Source: an uncultured Alphaproteobacteria bacterium (GTDB lineage: Bacteria > Pseudomonadota > Alphaproteobacteria > DATDPM01). From it: DNA of 64,000 nucleotides. The position numbers and the translations under genes were made by a program. The notes under the pieces were generated by a model. That model made no database searches. It was not told the DNA's origin and saw only the letters and a list, made by a program, of their open reading frames with translations. How positions within the stretch are numbered: the first letter of the stretch is position 1; each line of letters opens with the position of its first letter. Location: contig CAWJEX010000003.1 of NCBI GenBank assembly GCA_963841995.1, positions 154,081 to 218,080 of the forward strand, given 5' to 3'. Positions 52,248 to 62,964 of this stretch are shown here, in pieces.

Positions 52248-52763
52248 CTATTGAACGACCAGCACCGCACGACGGTTCTGGGACCAGGCGGCTTCGTTCG
52301 AACCAACGACCGCCGGCCGTTCCTTGCCGTAGGAAATCGTCTGGAGGCGCTTGGCGTCGATGCCCTTGGCGACCAGATAGCTTTTCGCCGCATTGGCGCG
52401 GCGTTCGCCGAGCGCCAAGTTGTATTCACGCGTACCCCGTTCGTCACAATGGCCTTCGATGACGGCCGTTGCCTGCGGATATTTCTTCAGCCAGTCGGAC
52501 CACCCATCGAGGCGGGTACGGGCGTCGACGCGAATATCCGATTTATCGAAATCGAAGAAGATGCGATCGCCGACATTGGCAACAAGGTCTTGCTCCGTGC
52601 CGGGCGTAACACCCGGCATGCCGCCTTGTTCGGTGGTCGGCGCCGGCGCGGTCGTGGTTGCGGCGCCGCCCGTTCCGGCCGCCTTCTTCGTCGTCTCTGG
52701 AGCCGTTTGGCAGGCAGCAAGAAGTAATGCAGCCGCGAGCACGCTAATGAACCTAAAGCTCAT
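52248..52763 (-). CDS. pal: peptidoglycan-associated lipoprotein Pal
   Basis: A 'LLAAC' lipobox is followed by an OmpA-like domain ('IEGHCDERGTREYNLALGERRA'). Confidence 0.9.
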   Translation of the reverse strand: MSFRFISVLAAALLLAACQTAPETTKKAAGTGGAATTTAPAPTTEQGGMPGVTPGTEQDLVANVGDRIFFDFDKSDIRVDARTRLDGWSDWLKKYPQATAVIEGHCDERGTREYNLALGERRANAAKSYLVAKGIDAKRLQTISYGKERPAVVGSNEAAWSQNRRAVLVVQ

Positions 52764-52912
52764 GTATATCATCCCCTTAATACGGCATGCGCCGAGTGAT
52801 GAAGGATAAAGTCCCGGCATAATGACGCCGCGAGTTTATCCATGAAACCCCCGAAAAACAACCTTAGTCCGGTGAATATCATGCAAGATTACCGTGTGGC
52901 AAGGCTTTCTCC

Positions 52913-54271
52913 TTACGGCAGTAACGGCGACCACGCCGGATCGGACCCATCGAGCGGGGTGATAATCTCGCGCTCGTTATACCCCGTGATGTCGATGGAA
53001 TAGAGGCGGACATTGCCGCCATGGCCGGTCTCGTCGGTCGGCTGTTGCCGGAAATAGGCGAGAACGCGCCCATTTGGCGCCCAAGTCGGGCCTTCCACCA
53101 GGAAACCCTGGGCCAAACTGCGCTCCCCGGAGCCGTCCGGATGCATCACCCCGATATAGAATTCGCCGCCCGCTTGTTTGGTGAAAGCGATCAGATCGCC
53201 GCGCGGCGACCACACCGGCGTCGTGTACTTGCCGCTGCCGAAACTGATGCGGTGCTGATTGGCGCCGTTCGCATCCATCACATAGAGCTGCGGCGATCCG
53301 CCGCGGTCCGAATTGAAAGCGATCTGCTTGCCGTCGGGCGAGGCGCTGGGGGAGGTGTCAATCGCCGCCGTATCGGTCAAGCGCACGACGGACCGCGTGC
53401 GCAAATCCATCGTGTAGATATTCGAATTGCCCTCGGTGGACATGCTCATCAGCACGCTGTTGCCATCGGGAGAGAACCGGGGCGCGAAGGTCATGCCCGG
53501 AAAATCTCCGAGAACTTCCTGCTGCCCGGTGTCGATATTGAAGATGTAGACCCGCGGCTTGTTGTTCACATAGGAAAGATAGGTGATTTCCTGGGCGGTC
53601 GGCGAAAAACGCGGGGTGAGGACGAGCTCCCGGCCATCGGTCAAAAAGGTGTGATCGGCACCGTCCTGATCCATGATCGCGAGACGCTTGATGCGCCGTT
53701 TCTGGGAGCCGGTCTCGGACACGTAGACGATCCGCGTGTCGAAGTAACCGTCCTCGCCGGTGACTCGCTTGTACACGGCGTCGGATATCTTGTGGGCGAG
53801 GCGGCGCCAATTCTGCGGTACGGTAAAGAAAGCGAAACCGATCATCTGCTGCTCGGCGAAAACATCCCACAGCCGGAATTCAACCTTGAGCCGGCCGTCT
53901 TCTTGAAATTCCGCTTTGCCGGTCAACAGCGCCTGCGCGTTGATGACGCGCCAATCGGCGAAGCGCGGCTGAACCTGAAGCGAGGACGGGGTTTGAATGA
54001 ACGCGGCGGGATCGATCGGCTTGAACAGTCCCGACCGCTCCAAATCGCCCGAAACAACCTCGGAGATTTGCTGGCCGATCTGCTTCTCCTTGTCGATATT
54101 GCCGTCGAAGGCGGTGACCGCGATCGGCAGCGGTTCGACATGGCCGCGCGTGACGTCGATGTGCAACTCGGCGCGCGCCGGCGGCGCCCCGAACAAGATC
54201 GCGGCGATCAAGAGGGCCGATACCGCAATCGCGCGCCGCCAATTTCTATCGATCGATAAATCCATCGTCAC
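52913..54271 (-). CDS. tolB: Tol-Pal system beta-propeller protein TolB
   Basis: The 452-aa product has a signal peptide, a TolB N-terminal domain and WD-like beta-propeller repeats. Confidence 0.9.
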   Translation of the reverse strand: MTMDLSIDRNWRRAIAVSALLIAAILFGAPPARAELHIDVTRGHVEPLPIAVTAFDGNIDKEKQIGQQISEVVSGDLERSGLFKPIDPAAFIQTPSSLQVQPRFADWRVINAQALLTGKAEFQEDGRLKVEFRLWDVFAEQQMIGFAFFTVPQNWRRLAHKISDAVYKRVTGEDGYFDTRIVYVSETGSQKRRIKRLAIMDQDGADHTFLTDGRELVLTPRFSPTAQEITYLSYVNNKPRVYIFNIDTGQQEVLGDFPGMTFAPRFSPDGNSVLMSMSTEGNSNIYTMDLRTRSVVRLTDTAAIDTSPSASPDGKQIAFNSDRGGSPQLYVMDANGANQHRISFGSGKYTTPVWSPRGDLIAFTKQAGGEFYIGVMHPDGSGERSLAQGFLVEGPTWAPNGRVLAYFRQQPTDETGHGGNVRLYSIDITGYNEREIITPLDGSDPAWSPLLP

Positions 54272-54274
54272 GAT

Positions 54275-55129
54275 TCACGCTCCGGTCATTTGCTTCGGGT
54301 TGAAGGTGATAACCATGTCTTTCCATTCGTCGTACTGATCCGACCGGAGCCCGACGTCCTGCAGCGAGCTGCACAGCGGATTGAGAACCGCCCTCAACGC
54401 GCTTTCCGCGGCTGCACGATAGAACGGATCGGTCGCGATGCGCCCGGTATTCACGATCTCGGCGCGCTGCACCGAGGCGTCGGGCGACAGGCTGACGCGA
54501 ATGTCCACCGCAAGATCCTCGGCATCCCGCGCCCCCGCCGGAATATTCCAGCATTTTTCGAAATGCCGGCGGATCGCATCGATCTGGCTGATCGTGACCG
54601 GCGATGCCGGATTATATTCGCGCGGCGCGGGTTTTTGATTCGTCAGCGCCTCCGCCGCTTCGACCGGCGTCTGCTCGTGCTGTTGCGGTTTCAGCTTTTC
54701 GACCGATTTCAAGACCGATTCCATGTCGTCGGGCGGCGGCGGCTTGCGTTCCGGCTTGATATCCTTGACCGGCGGTTCCGGCTTTACCTTGGGTTTCGGC
54801 GGCGGCGGCGGCGCTTCGGCCACCGCTTCGGGTTTTTGTTCCGGCTTGGGCGGTTCCGGCGGTGGCGTCTGGGCTTGCGGCGGCGGCGGCGGCGCTTTTT
54901 GCTCCTCGGGCTTGGGCGGTTCCGGCTTCGGCGGCTCCGGCTTTTCCACCTTGGGCGCCGGAGGCGGCGGCGCGTTCGTGGTCTCGGCGATGGTCACCAC
55001 GTCGATCGGAACCGGAAGACTCTCCATAGGAAGATCGCGGGCAAAATGCGGCAAGCCGAAGATGGCTAGCAGCAGGATGGCCAGGTGAAACAGGCCGGAA
55101 CAGATGGCGCCGCGATACATGTCGGGCAT
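54275..55129 (-). CDS. tolA: TolA-like cell-envelope protein (Pro/Lys/Glu-rich)
   Basis: An N-terminal TM anchor is followed by a long 'PPKPEPPKPEE' region and a C-terminal TolA-like domain. It lies between tolR and tolB. Confidence 0.7.
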   Translation of the reverse strand: MPDMYRGAICSGLFHLAILLLAIFGLPHFARDLPMESLPVPIDVVTIAETTNAPPPPAPKVEKPEPPKPEPPKPEEQKAPPPPPQAQTPPPEPPKPEQKPEAVAEAPPPPPKPKVKPEPPVKDIKPERKPPPPDDMESVLKSVEKLKPQQHEQTPVEAAEALTNQKPAPREYNPASPVTISQIDAIRRHFEKCWNIPAGARDAEDLAVDIRVSLSPDASVQRAEIVNTGRIATDPFYRAAAESALRAVLNPLCSSLQDVGLRSDQYDEWKDMVITFNPKQMTGA

Positions 55130-55149
55130 GTCGGGGCGGTGGCTCCTTT

Positions 55150-55629
55150 TTAATGGGCCGCGGGTTTCGCTTGGGGCAGCGGGCGCGCGATGGGGGCCGG
55201 CGCGCCATGCGGCATCTCGGCGATCAGCGCCACCTTGGAAAACCCGGCGGAACTGATGGTTCCCATCACTTCCATGATTCTGCCGTAGGGAACCGATTTG
55301 TCGCCGCGCACGAAAATTCGCGTATCGGGCTTCGACTGGGTGATCGCCGTCAAGCGCGGCACCAGCGCGTCCATATCGGTCTCGGTTTCCTGAAGGAAAA
55401 TTTTTCCTTCGGCATTGATGGTGACGACCAGGGGCTCGATCGCCTCATTGATTTGTGCCGCCTGGGTCTTCGGCAGATCCACCGGCACGCCGACGGTGAG
55501 CAACGGCGCCGTGATCATGAAAATCACCAACAGCACGAGCATCACGTCCACCATCGGCGTGACGTTGATCTCCGACATCGGACGGTAGCGACCGCGACCG
55601 CGGGTGGCTTGTGATGCGACGCTGACGGC
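55150..55629 (-). CDS. tolR: TolR (ExbD/TolR family)
   Basis: 'INVTPMVDVMLVLLVIFMITAP' is the ExbD/TolR motif. Confidence 0.85.
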   Translation of the reverse strand, partial: AVSVASQATRGRGRYRPMSEINVTPMVDVMLVLLVIFMITAPLLTVGVPVDLPKTQAAQINEAIEPLVVTINAEGKIFLQETETDMDALVPRLTAITQSKPDTRIFVRGDKSVPYGRIMEVMGTISSAGFSKVALIAEMPHGAPAPIARPLPQAKPAAH

Positions 55630-55631
55630 CA

Positions 55632-56366
55632 TCAGCGGCCCTCTTCGAGCTGGCGCGACAGGATCGCGCTGAATTCGCCGGAAAAAGATTCGAGTTTGTT
55701 CGCGTAGCGCGAGAGATCGCTGCTGAGCTTGTTGTAGGCGATCACCGCGGGGATGGCGGCGACCAATCCGAGGGCCGTCGCGAACAAGGCTTCGGCAATG
55801 CCGGGGGCCACCACCGAGAGGCTCGTATTGTGCGTGGCGCCGATGGATTGAAAGCTGTTCATGATGCCCCACACGGTGCCGAACAACCCGACGAAGGGCG
55901 CCGTCGATCCGACCGATGCCAGAAAGATCATATAGCGTTCGAGCCGCTCCATCTCGCGCCCGACGGCCACCTGCATCACCCGCTCGATGCGCTGTTGCAG
56001 GCTTTCTTGAACGCCGCCCCCCGCGATAACCCGCCCCTTGGAAACCGAGCGCCGCCACTCGCGCATCGCCGCCGCGAACACCGCCGACATCGGATGCTGA
56101 GGCCTGGTACCGACCCGGTCATAAAGATCGTCGAGCGATCCGCCGGACCAGAAGTTATCTTCGAACTCGGTGGTTTGTTTTTCCAGACGGCGCATCCGGA
56201 TCACTTTGTCGAAGATGATCGCCCAACTCCAAAACGACGCCAGCATGAGCAGCAGAATGACCGTTTTCACGATCAAATCGGCCCGCATGAAGAGACCCCA
56301 CATCGACAAATTGTAGGCCTCCGCCGCACTTGCGACGGCGTTGGGATCCATAACCGTTGTTTCCAT
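55632..56366 (-). CDS. tolQ: TolQ (MotA/TolQ/ExbB proton channel)
   Basis: It has three TM helices and 'GLFGTVWGIMNSF'. Confidence 0.9.
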   Translation of the reverse strand: METTVMDPNAVASAAEAYNLSMWGLFMRADLIVKTVILLLMLASFWSWAIIFDKVIRMRRLEKQTTEFEDNFWSGGSLDDLYDRVGTRPQHPMSAVFAAAMREWRRSVSKGRVIAGGGVQESLQQRIERVMQVAVGREMERLERYMIFLASVGSTAPFVGLFGTVWGIMNSFQSIGATHNTSLSVVAPGIAEALFATALGLVAAIPAVIAYNKLSSDLSRYANKLESFSGEFSAILSRQLEEGR

Positions 56367-56403
56367 TTTTCGCTCGCTACCTCACTTCCGGTTTATTTTT
56401 CGT

Positions 56404-56850
56404 TTATTCCCGAATCACGTTTTCCAAAGCCGTCCGCAGCATCGGCGGCAACCGCAGCAACCTTCCGTCCGGACCGAGACAAGCCAGCCGCACCCGAAGC
56501 CGCGTAATTTCGTCGCCGCTGCGGTGAATGACTTGGTCCGCGGTCACCGACGCACCCGCAGCTTCGGTGACCGAAGTCCGCACTTCCAAGACGTCATCCA
56601 ATTTGGCGGGGGCCAGAAAATCCACTTCGACGCGCCGGACGGCAAAGGCAATGGTGTGCTGCGCTACCAAGTCCCGGTAGCCGACGTCAAGCAGATGCAT
56701 CATTTCAGTGCGCGCCCGCTCGGCGAATTTAAGATAGTTGGCGTAATAAACAATACCGGCGGCATCCGTATCCTCGTAATAGACCCGCAGGGGATAAACA
56801 TGGATGCCGTCCTGAAAGCTCCCCGGACAGGGCGAATTGTCTTCAGCCAT
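56404..56850 (-). CDS. ybgC: YbgC-type acyl-CoA thioesterase (4HBT fold)
   Basis: '[20 protein letters not shown]' is the hot-dog thioesterase motif. It sits upstream of tolQ. Confidence 0.8.
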   Translation of the reverse strand: MAEDNSPCPGSFQDGIHVYPLRVYYEDTDAAGIVYYANYLKFAERARTEMMHLLDVGYRDLVAQHTIAFAVRRVEVDFLAPAKLDDVLEVRTSVTEAAGASVTADQVIHRSGDEITRLRVRLACLGPDGRLLRLPPMLRTALENVIRE

Positions 56851-57910
56851 CGCCGGTGGCCTGCTCTTCGTTCAAGAAATCGAGCTGCGGCGCTTGGGAT
56901 TGCGGACGCGGCGTCAAGCCGAGATGCCGGTACCCGGATTCGGCAACCATGCGGCCGCGGGGCGTGCGAAGCACCAAGCCCTGCTGAATGAGATAGGGCT
57001 CGATCACGTCTTCGATCACGTCGCGCTGCTCGGAAAGAGCGGCGGCCACGGCGTCAACGCCCACCGGACCGCCGGAATAGGTTTCGACGATGCAATTCAA
57101 ATACCGCCGATCCATCGAATCCAAGCCGCGGACGTCCACCTCGAGCCTATTCAAAGCCGCATCGGCCGCTTTCGCGTCGACGCGCTTGGCGCCGGAAACG
57201 GCGGCGAAATCGCGGACCCGGCGGAGCAGACGCCCTGCCACCCGCGGCGTGCCGCGGGAGCGCCGGGCGATCTCGGCGGCCCCGTCGGGGGCGAGGTCGA
57301 AGCCGAGAATCCGCGCGCCGCGATTGACGATCTCTTCGAGTTCGGCTGGCTCGTAGAACGAGAGCCGCACCGGAATGCCGAAGCGCTCGCGCAACGGTGT
57401 CGCGATCAATCCTGAACGAGTCGTGGCGCCGACCAGAGTGAAGGGCGGAAGATCGATCCGCACGGAACGCGCGGCCGGACCCTCGCCGATGATGAGATCG
57501 AGTTGGTAATCCTCCATCGCGGGGTAAAGAATTTCCTCGACCACCGGGTTGAGCCGATGAATTTCATCGATGAAAAGCACGTCGCGCGGCTGGAGATTGG
57601 TCAGAATGGCGGCGAGATCGCCGGCCCGCGACAGCATGGGGCCCAAACAAGTGCGGAAACCCACGCCCAATTCACGGGCGACGATCTGCGCCAGCGTGGT
57701 TTTGCCCAAGCCCGGCGGGCCGCTGAACAGCACGTGATCGAGGGCTTCGCCCCGCACCTTGGCCGCCGAAATGAAGACGCGAAGATTCGCGCGCAGCTGG
57801 GCCTGGCCGATGAACTCGTCGAGGGTTTGCGGGCGAAGCGCGTTTTCCGGCGCGTCGCGCTCGGCATCGAAATTCGGAGCCGCCACGGTCCTGCTCTCGG
57901 CCGCCGTCAT
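56843..57910 (-). CDS. ruvB: Holliday junction branch-migration helicase RuvB
   Basis: It has the Walker A '[11 protein letters not shown]' and full RuvB colinearity. Confidence 0.95.
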   Translation of the reverse strand: MTAAESRTVAAPNFDAERDAPENALRPQTLDEFIGQAQLRANLRVFISAAKVRGEALDHVLFSGPPGLGKTTLAQIVARELGVGFRTCLGPMLSRAGDLAAILTNLQPRDVLFIDEIHRLNPVVEEILYPAMEDYQLDLIIGEGPAARSVRIDLPPFTLVGATTRSGLIATPLRERFGIPVRLSFYEPAELEEIVNRGARILGFDLAPDGAAEIARRSRGTPRVAGRLLRRVRDFAAVSGAKRVDAKAADAALNRLEVDVRGLDSMDRRYLNCIVETYSGGPVGVDAVAAALSEQRDVIEDVIEPYLIQQGLVLRTPRGRMVAESGYRHLGLTPRPQSQAPQLDFLNEEQATGDG

Positions 57911-58512
57911 CGCCCGAGCTCCTGCAATCCAGCGCGGATCAGATCGGCGACCGGCGCATTGCCGCCGAGACGTTGCGCCGCCTGGGCGACCGCGCCGAAG
58001 GCTTCGGTCCGGCGATAGCCGAGATTGACCAGGGCGGACACCGCGGCGGTTGCGTCATCGCCCGCACCCGGCGGCCGCGCGGCCGGCGGTTGCGCCGCGG
58101 CAAGCTCGACGGTTCCGATGCGGTCCTTCAACTCGCTGACGATGCGTGTCGCCAATTTCTGTCCGACGCCATCGGCCCGGGTCAGCATTTCCTTGTCGCC
58201 TGCCGCGATCGCCCGCAGCAAATCGTCCGGGCGCAGCGTCGACAAAAGCGCCAGCGCCAGCTTCGCCCCCACGCCTTGCACCGTCGTCAGCCGGCGGAAC
58301 CATTCCCGCTCGGCCTGATCGGCAAAGCCGAAGAGTTGAATCCGGTCTTCCCGGACATGGGTATCGATGAGCAGGCTCACCGGTTCGCCCACCGCCGGCA
58401 AGCGGCTCTGGGTCGCGGACGAACAAGAGACGAGATAGCCGACACCCGCGACATCGAGAATAACGCCGTCGGCAGTCGCCGAATCCAGAATGCCCGTCAA
58501 CTTTGCGATCAT
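57907..58512 (-). CDS. ruvA: Holliday junction DNA helicase subunit RuvA
   Basis: '[10 protein letters not shown]...' with OB-fold and HhH domains. The ATGA overlaps ruvB. Confidence 0.9.
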   Translation of the reverse strand: MIAKLTGILDSATADGVILDVAGVGYLVSCSSATQSRLPAVGEPVSLLIDTHVREDRIQLFGFADQAEREWFRRLTTVQGVGAKLALALLSTLRPDDLLRAIAAGDKEMLTRADGVGQKLATRIVSELKDRIGTVELAAAQPPAARPPGAGDDATAAVSALVNLGYRRTEAFGAVAQAAQRLGGNAPVADLIRAGLQELGR

Positions 58513-59036
58513 TATTCGCCTCCCGCCGCTTTGGCCCAGACGCGCAGAGTCGACGCATGATGGGCGTGGCAAACCGCAACTGCGAGCGCATCGGCCGCAT
58601 CGCCGCTGGCGAGTTCGCAGCCCGGAAACAGCACGCGGATCATCATCGCCACCTGTTCTTTTTGCGCGTGCCCATTGCCCACCACCGACTGCTTGACGAG
58701 ATTGGCAGAATATTCGGCAACCGGGATGCCGGCTTGGGCGGGGGCCAGCATGACTACCCCCCGGGCGTGGCCGAGTTTCAATGTGGACACCGGATTTTTG
58801 TTCACGAAGGTCTTTTCGACCGCGGCCTCTTCCGGTTTGTATTCGGCGATGATGCGGGCAACGCCCTCGCAGAGCTGCAAGAGCCTTTCGGCCAAGGAAT
58901 CATTTTCGTCGGAGTGAATGACGCCGTTAGCAATATGGCGGAGCCGATTGCCGTCGGCTTCGATGACGCCCCATCCGGTGTGGCGCAGCCCGGGATCGAG
59001 TTCCCAACACCCTCACGCCCTATTTGCCTTTTGCAT
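58512..59036 (-). CDS. ruvC: crossover junction endodeoxyribonuclease RuvC, interrupted by two closely spaced compensating 1-nt indels (~59018-59021 and ~59001-59002) that create an in-frame TGA
   Basis: The C-terminal 127 aa are in ORF 58512..58895. Upstream in the same frame comes '[34 protein letters not shown]'. Then 'R A * G C W E' replaces the consensus 'xIRVLG'. The 5 codons between the two indels read 'VRVLG' in the adjacent frame, restoring 'M...[16 protein letters not shown]'. Confidence 0.8.
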
Positions 59037-59042
59037 TCCGTC

Positions 59043-59792
59043 TCACGCCGTCAGCTTGGCGAAGGTCTCTTCGGAAACGTCGTAATTGGCGAACACCGCC
59101 TGAATGTCGTCATTGTCTTCCAGCGCATCGATCAGCTTGAACAGCAACGCGGCGCCGTCGCCCTCGATCGGCACCCGCGTCTTCGCCCGCCATTCGAGCT
59201 TGGCGGCCGCAGGCTCGCCGAATTTCTTGGTCAGCGTATCGCGCACCGCATTGAGATCGTCGGGGGCGCAGGAAATCTCATGGCCGGCGCCGCTCGAATC
59301 GACGTCCGCCGCACCGGCCTCCAACGCGGCTTCGAAGATCGCGTCGGCGCTCGCCTTCTCCGCCGCATAGCGGATGATGCCGAGCTTGTCGAACATGAAG
59401 CCGACGCTGCCGGTTTCGCCCAGGCTGCCGCCGAATTTGGTGAAGGCGGAGCGGACGTCGCCCGCCGTGCGGTTGCGATTGTCGGTCAAGGCCTCGGCGA
59501 TGATGGCGATGCCGCCCGGGCCATAGCCCTCATAGCGGATCTCTTCGAAATTGGTGCCTTCTTCCTGCCCCGCACCCCGCCGGATCGCGCGCTCCATCGT
59601 GTCTTTCGGCATGTTGGCGTCGCGGGCGGCGATGATCGCGGCCCGCAGCCGTGGATTCAGGTTCGGATCGGCGATGCCGCTCCGCGCGGCAGTCGTCAGT
59701 TCCCGGATGATTTTGGTGAAAACCTTGGCGCGCTTGGCGTCCTGCGCGCCCTTCCGGTACATGATGTTCTTGAATTGGGAATGACCAGCCAT
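59043..59792 (-). CDS. yebC: YebC/PmpR-family transcriptional regulator
   Basis: 'MAGHSQFKNIMYRKGAQDAKRAKVFTKIIRE' is the YebC N-terminus. The product is 249 aa. Confidence 0.9.
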   Translation of the reverse strand: MAGHSQFKNIMYRKGAQDAKRAKVFTKIIRELTTAARSGIADPNLNPRLRAAIIAARDANMPKDTMERAIRRGAGQEEGTNFEEIRYEGYGPGGIAIIAEALTDNRNRTAGDVRSAFTKFGGSLGETGSVGFMFDKLGIIRYAAEKASADAIFEAALEAGAADVDSSGAGHEISCAPDDLNAVRDTLTKKFGEPAAAKLEWRAKTRVPIEGDGAALLFKLIDALEDNDDIQAVFANYDVSEETFAKLTA

Positions 59793-59991
59793 CGTAACTC
59801 GACACCGCGATCAGGCGCTCGGAATCGCAAAATTCTGAGTCATATCCGCCGCCTTATACCATATGTGGTAGCGAAAAAGTAATGCGCTTAGAGCGGCCTA
59901 GCGGCCGGAAATCCGCCTTTGCCTTGCTGAAGACCGGCAGCTATCAAACCAATATGGCAATTATTGGGCCGTAAGCCGCGCCGTGCATATC

Positions 59992-60615
59992 TCACACACC
60001 CACGAATCTCTTCGCACTTTGCTCCGTCACCACCCAATCAAGCCGCTCATCGGTCTCGTCGCAGGGGACGCGATCAACTTCCTGGGCGGCATAAGCGATG
60101 CCGACCGCGAGCGGCCGGCGACGAGCGCGCGAACGCAGCTTCGAGATCGTCCGGTCATAGAACCCCGCGCCATAGCCGAGCCGGTTGCCCTGGGCATCGA
60201 AGGCCAGAAGCGGGACAAGCAGCAGTTCCGGGATCATTTCGGCGGAGTCATCGGGCGGGACCGGGATGCCCCACCGTCCTTCGATCAACGGCCTTTCCGG
60301 GTCCCAGTGTTTGAACAGAAGCGGGGTGTGTTTCGCAACGATGACCGGCAAACCGCAAAGATGCCCGCGTTTGTGCAAGACGTGGAGGAGCGGCTTGACG
60401 TCGATCTCTTCCTTCACCGGCCAATAACCCGACACCAATTCGCTGGTGCGCAATTCGACGGCTTCGAGAAAATTGCGCATCAGGGCCTGGCCGGCATGCT
60501 CGCGCCCGGACGGACCCATTTGCTCATGGGCCTTGGCCCGACGCGCCATCGCTTCGGCGCGTGCCGCTTTCTTGGCTTCGTCGAGCGTGTTAGTAGCGGA
60601 TTGAGGGGAAGTCAT
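59992..60615 (-). CDS. ygfA: 5-formyltetrahydrofolate cyclo-ligase
   Basis: 'GYGAGFYDRT' and 'LLLVPLLAFDAQGNRLG' are the 5-FCL motifs. Confidence 0.8.
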   Translation of the reverse strand: MTSPQSATNTLDEAKKAARAEAMARRAKAHEQMGPSGREHAGQALMRNFLEAVELRTSELVSGYWPVKEEIDVKPLLHVLHKRGHLCGLPVIVAKHTPLLFKHWDPERPLIEGRWGIPVPPDDSAEMIPELLLVPLLAFDAQGNRLGYGAGFYDRTISKLRSRARRRPLAVGIAYAAQEVDRVPCDETDERLDWVVTEQSAKRFVGV

Positions 60616-60624
60616 GCCACGGCC

Positions 60625-60820
60625 TTCATGAATGGAGCGGCCGTTGTAGCATGAACGTCAGAAGCAGGTGGAGCCGCGGGGCCGTTGGCCATTGTAACCC
60701 TTGGAGCCTGCCTCAGCAGGTGGGCGCCATATGTCCAGAACCAAGGTTCCAGCAGGGACGGCTCCCTTTGTAGAAGTGTTGGCCCCGGGGAAAACTGAGG
60801 CCTGACGCACCGCGCAGCCC
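60625..60820 (-). ncRNA. ssrS: 6S RNA (SsrS), inferred. Ends are approximate.
   Basis: A non-coding gap lies between zapA and ygfA, the conserved position of ssrS (it is cotranscribed with ygfA in E. coli). The region has long-range complementary arms (cgtcag...ctgacg, gcctcag...ctgaggc, ccccggggcc...ggccccgcgg) typical of the 6S closing stems. The only ORF there (60658..60861) has an implausible composition. Confidence 0.5.
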
Positions 60821-60835
60821 CACCCGTATTTGACT

Positions 60836-61243
60836 CTAGACGCGCTCCAGCCGAGCGGCAATATCCTCGATCGTCCGCGCCGCCACTTCGAGCCGGTCGG
60901 CCATTTCCGATTCCGGAATCATATCGAGCATGATGGGCAATGGACTTTGTAGGGGCGCCGTGCTTGGCATCGGCGCTGCGCTTTGCATGGGCGCTGCTTC
61001 GGGCGCGGATTTTTCCTCGCGAACCGCGTCGAGTTCATCGTAAAGCTCCGAGAGTTCATCGGCAATCAACAGCGCCACCATCACCAGCAGCCGGGTATCG
61101 CCGACCTGGCCCACTTGCGCGACCAAATCCTTGACCCGCTTGTCCAAATAGGCGCCGAGTTCGCCAAGGTGCTTTTCCTGGCCCTCTTCACAAGCGATCT
61201 GATAGCTGCGCCCGTTCACGGTGATCGAAAGTTGGCTCATCAT
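60836..61243 (-). CDS. zapA: cell division protein ZapA
   Basis: 'LSITVNGRSYQIACEEGQEKHL...DTRLLVMVALLIADEL' is the ZapA signature. Confidence 0.8.
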   Translation of the reverse strand: MMSQLSITVNGRSYQIACEEGQEKHLGELGAYLDKRVKDLVAQVGQVGDTRLLVMVALLIADELSELYDELDAVREEKSAPEAAPMQSAAPMPSTAPLQSPLPIMLDMIPESEMADRLEVAARTIEDIAARLERV

Positions 61244-61485
61244 TACGCCTCCAAAACCGTACGCAGCCGGTGGATCGTATCGTCGAGACGATGCGACACC
61301 GTCCGTGTGACTTCGCGGAGTGCCGCGTATTCGCTTTGGGTTGCCTGAAGCGCCTCGGTCAGGCCTTCGGTGAGCTTCTCATGCAGCCGGGCGTCGCCGG
61401 ACTGCGCCGCGAACGCCCGCGCCGCCGCATCGAGCCGCGCCAGAGCTTTTTCGAAGCGTTCGGTGGCCTTTTCTATTTTTGTCAT
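61243..61485 (-). CDS. DUF4164-family small coiled-coil protein (conserved zapA neighbour)
   Basis: The 80-aa helical protein has an ATGA overlap with zapA, the usual alphaproteobacterial arrangement. Confidence 0.55.
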   Translation of the reverse strand: MTKIEKATERFEKALARLDAAARAFAAQSGDARLHEKLTEGLTEALQATQSEYAALREVTRTVSHRLDDTIHRLRTVLEA

Positions 61486-61630
61486 CGCGTGCCGCTGGCG
61501 CCAATGCTTGAATGCCAGGATAGGCCCCGCCGCTTCGAAGCGTCAACCGCTGCATCTTGTATTTACGACGTCATGATTCGGCATGAAATTTGATTTTACC
61601 GTCTGAAGCGATGCAAAATTTGTCGCCCCC

Positions 61631-62047
61631 ATGGCCCGCGCAATTGTCATTCATTCCTTGGAACACGCCCGCGCTGCGCTCGCCGCTGCCGTGCACCTCC
61701 GCGTCGCGGTCACGCTATGGAGCGCGGAGGGAGCGGCCGGCAATGCCGGGCCGTTGTGGTTCGTCGAGTTGATCAAAGCGGCGGAAGAAGAATTTCCGTC
61801 AGCGACGTTCGCGGCGGTTCTCGATTGCGGCGATGCGCCGGGATACGCGCTCGCGGCTTTGCGCGCCGGGTGCCGTGCGATTCGTTTTAACGGCAAGCCT
61901 GCCGTCGCCGCCAAGATCAAGGCGATCGCCCGTCAATATGGCGCTGTGCTGCATACGGGAAAGCCGGCGAATTCCGGCAAGGCCCTCGATCTGGCCGGCA
62001 AATCCGATCCCCTCACCGCTTGCCGCCAATGGCTGAGCAAGCGCTAG
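61631..62047 (+). CDS. hypothetical protein; its TAG stop is supplied by the MITE TIR
   Basis: The 138-aa ORF ends '...SKR' + tag, where tag is the first 3 nt of the MITE. Confidence 0.4.
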   Translation: MARAIVIHSLEHARAALAAAVHLRVAVTLWSAEGAAGNAGPLWFVELIKAAEEEFPSATFAAVLDCGDAPGYALAALRAGCRAIRFNGKPAVAAKIKAIARQYGAVLHTGKPANSGKALDLAGKSDPLTACRQWLSKR

Positions 62048-62272
62048 AGCATGATCTTGTCACTTCGAATCGACTGCGTTGCGCCTTTGGTGCGGCGATC
62101 CGCTAGGCGCGCCAAGCCCGCCACGGCGCAACCCAAAGGGCCCGGGTCTTTTGCCGCCGCGGGTTCGTCGGAGCGCTCGCCCGTAGTCCCTGCTACGCGC
62201 TTCGCGCTTCTCCTGCCCGCGGCGCAAAATACCGCCGGTGCAGCCGGTTCCAACTGACAAGATCATGCTCTA
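62045..62272 (+). mobile_element. MITE copy 4 (228 bp, same orientation as copy 1 and ~95% identical to it)
   Basis: tagagcatgatcttgtcac...gttccaactgacaagatcatgctcta. Confidence 0.75.
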
Positions 62273-62319
62273 ATGGAGGCCCTCGTTTTGCCATCGCCCT
62301 GGTCGCAATCGCCTCGGAA

Positions 62320-62964
62320 TTGATTTTGTCCCGTCTTTATCTCATCACTCCCGAAAGACTCGATCTGGCGGATTTTGCCGATCCGCTTTCCGCGGCCCTC
62401 GATGCCGGCGAGGTGGCCGCCGTGCAGCTTCGCCTCAAGAACTACGATGACAAGTTTATCCGCCATGCCGTCTCGATTCTCCGTCCCATCGTCCAGAAAC
62501 AAAATGCCGCGTTCATCTTGAACGACCGCGCCGATCTTGCCGCCGAGACCGGATGCGACGGCGTTCATATCGGCCAGCAGGATGGCTCCTATGCCGAGGC
62601 GCGCGACGCGGTCGGGCCGGATTCGATCGTCGGCGTCACTTGTCACGACTCGCGCCATCTGGCGATCGAGGCCGCCGAACAGGGAGCCGATTACGTCGCT
62701 TTCGGCGCCTTTTTCCCGACCCAGACCAAGATCGCCAGCGGCCATCCGACACCGGATATCCTGGAATGGTGGACAGACGTGATGGTGGTGCCTTGCGTGG
62801 CCATCGGCGGCATCACGCCGGAAAATGTGGCGCAGGTGATCGCCGCCGATTTCATCGCCGTCTGCTCGGGCATCTGGAATCATCCCCAAGGTCCCGCTGC
62901 GGCGGTGAAAGCTTACCTTTCGGCCATCGAGCGCGCCGTCCACGATCAAGGCATCACCGGCTAG
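62320..62964 (+). CDS. thiE: thiamine-phosphate synthase ThiE
   Basis: 'LYLITPE...AVQLRLKN...VGVTCHDS...GGITPENV' follows the ThiE fold. Confidence 0.85.
   Translation: MILSRLYLITPERLDLADFADPLSAALDAGEVAAVQLRLKNYDDKFIRHAVSILRPIVQKQNAAFILNDRADLAAETGCDGVHIGQQDGSYAEARDAVGPDSIVGVTCHDSRHLAIEAAEQGADYVAFGAFFPTQTKIASGHPTPDILEWWTDVMVVPCVAIGGITPENVAQVIAADFIAVCSGIWNHPQGPAAAVKAYLSAIERAVHDQGITG

Noticed and set aside
54275-55129. Poly-Arg/Gly ORFs (54290-55069 +, 54723-55088 +) and a possible CRISPR-like or tandem-repeat array in the tolA region
   Set aside because: The periodicity is the CCG/AAG codon repetition that encodes the Pro/Lys/Glu-rich TolA linker. There are no spacer-repeat units. No CRISPR array is present anywhere in the window.
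60658-60861. A 67-aa ORF between ygfA and zapA
   Set aside because: It overlaps the predicted 6S RNA locus and its composition is implausible. The synteny argument for ssrS is stronger.
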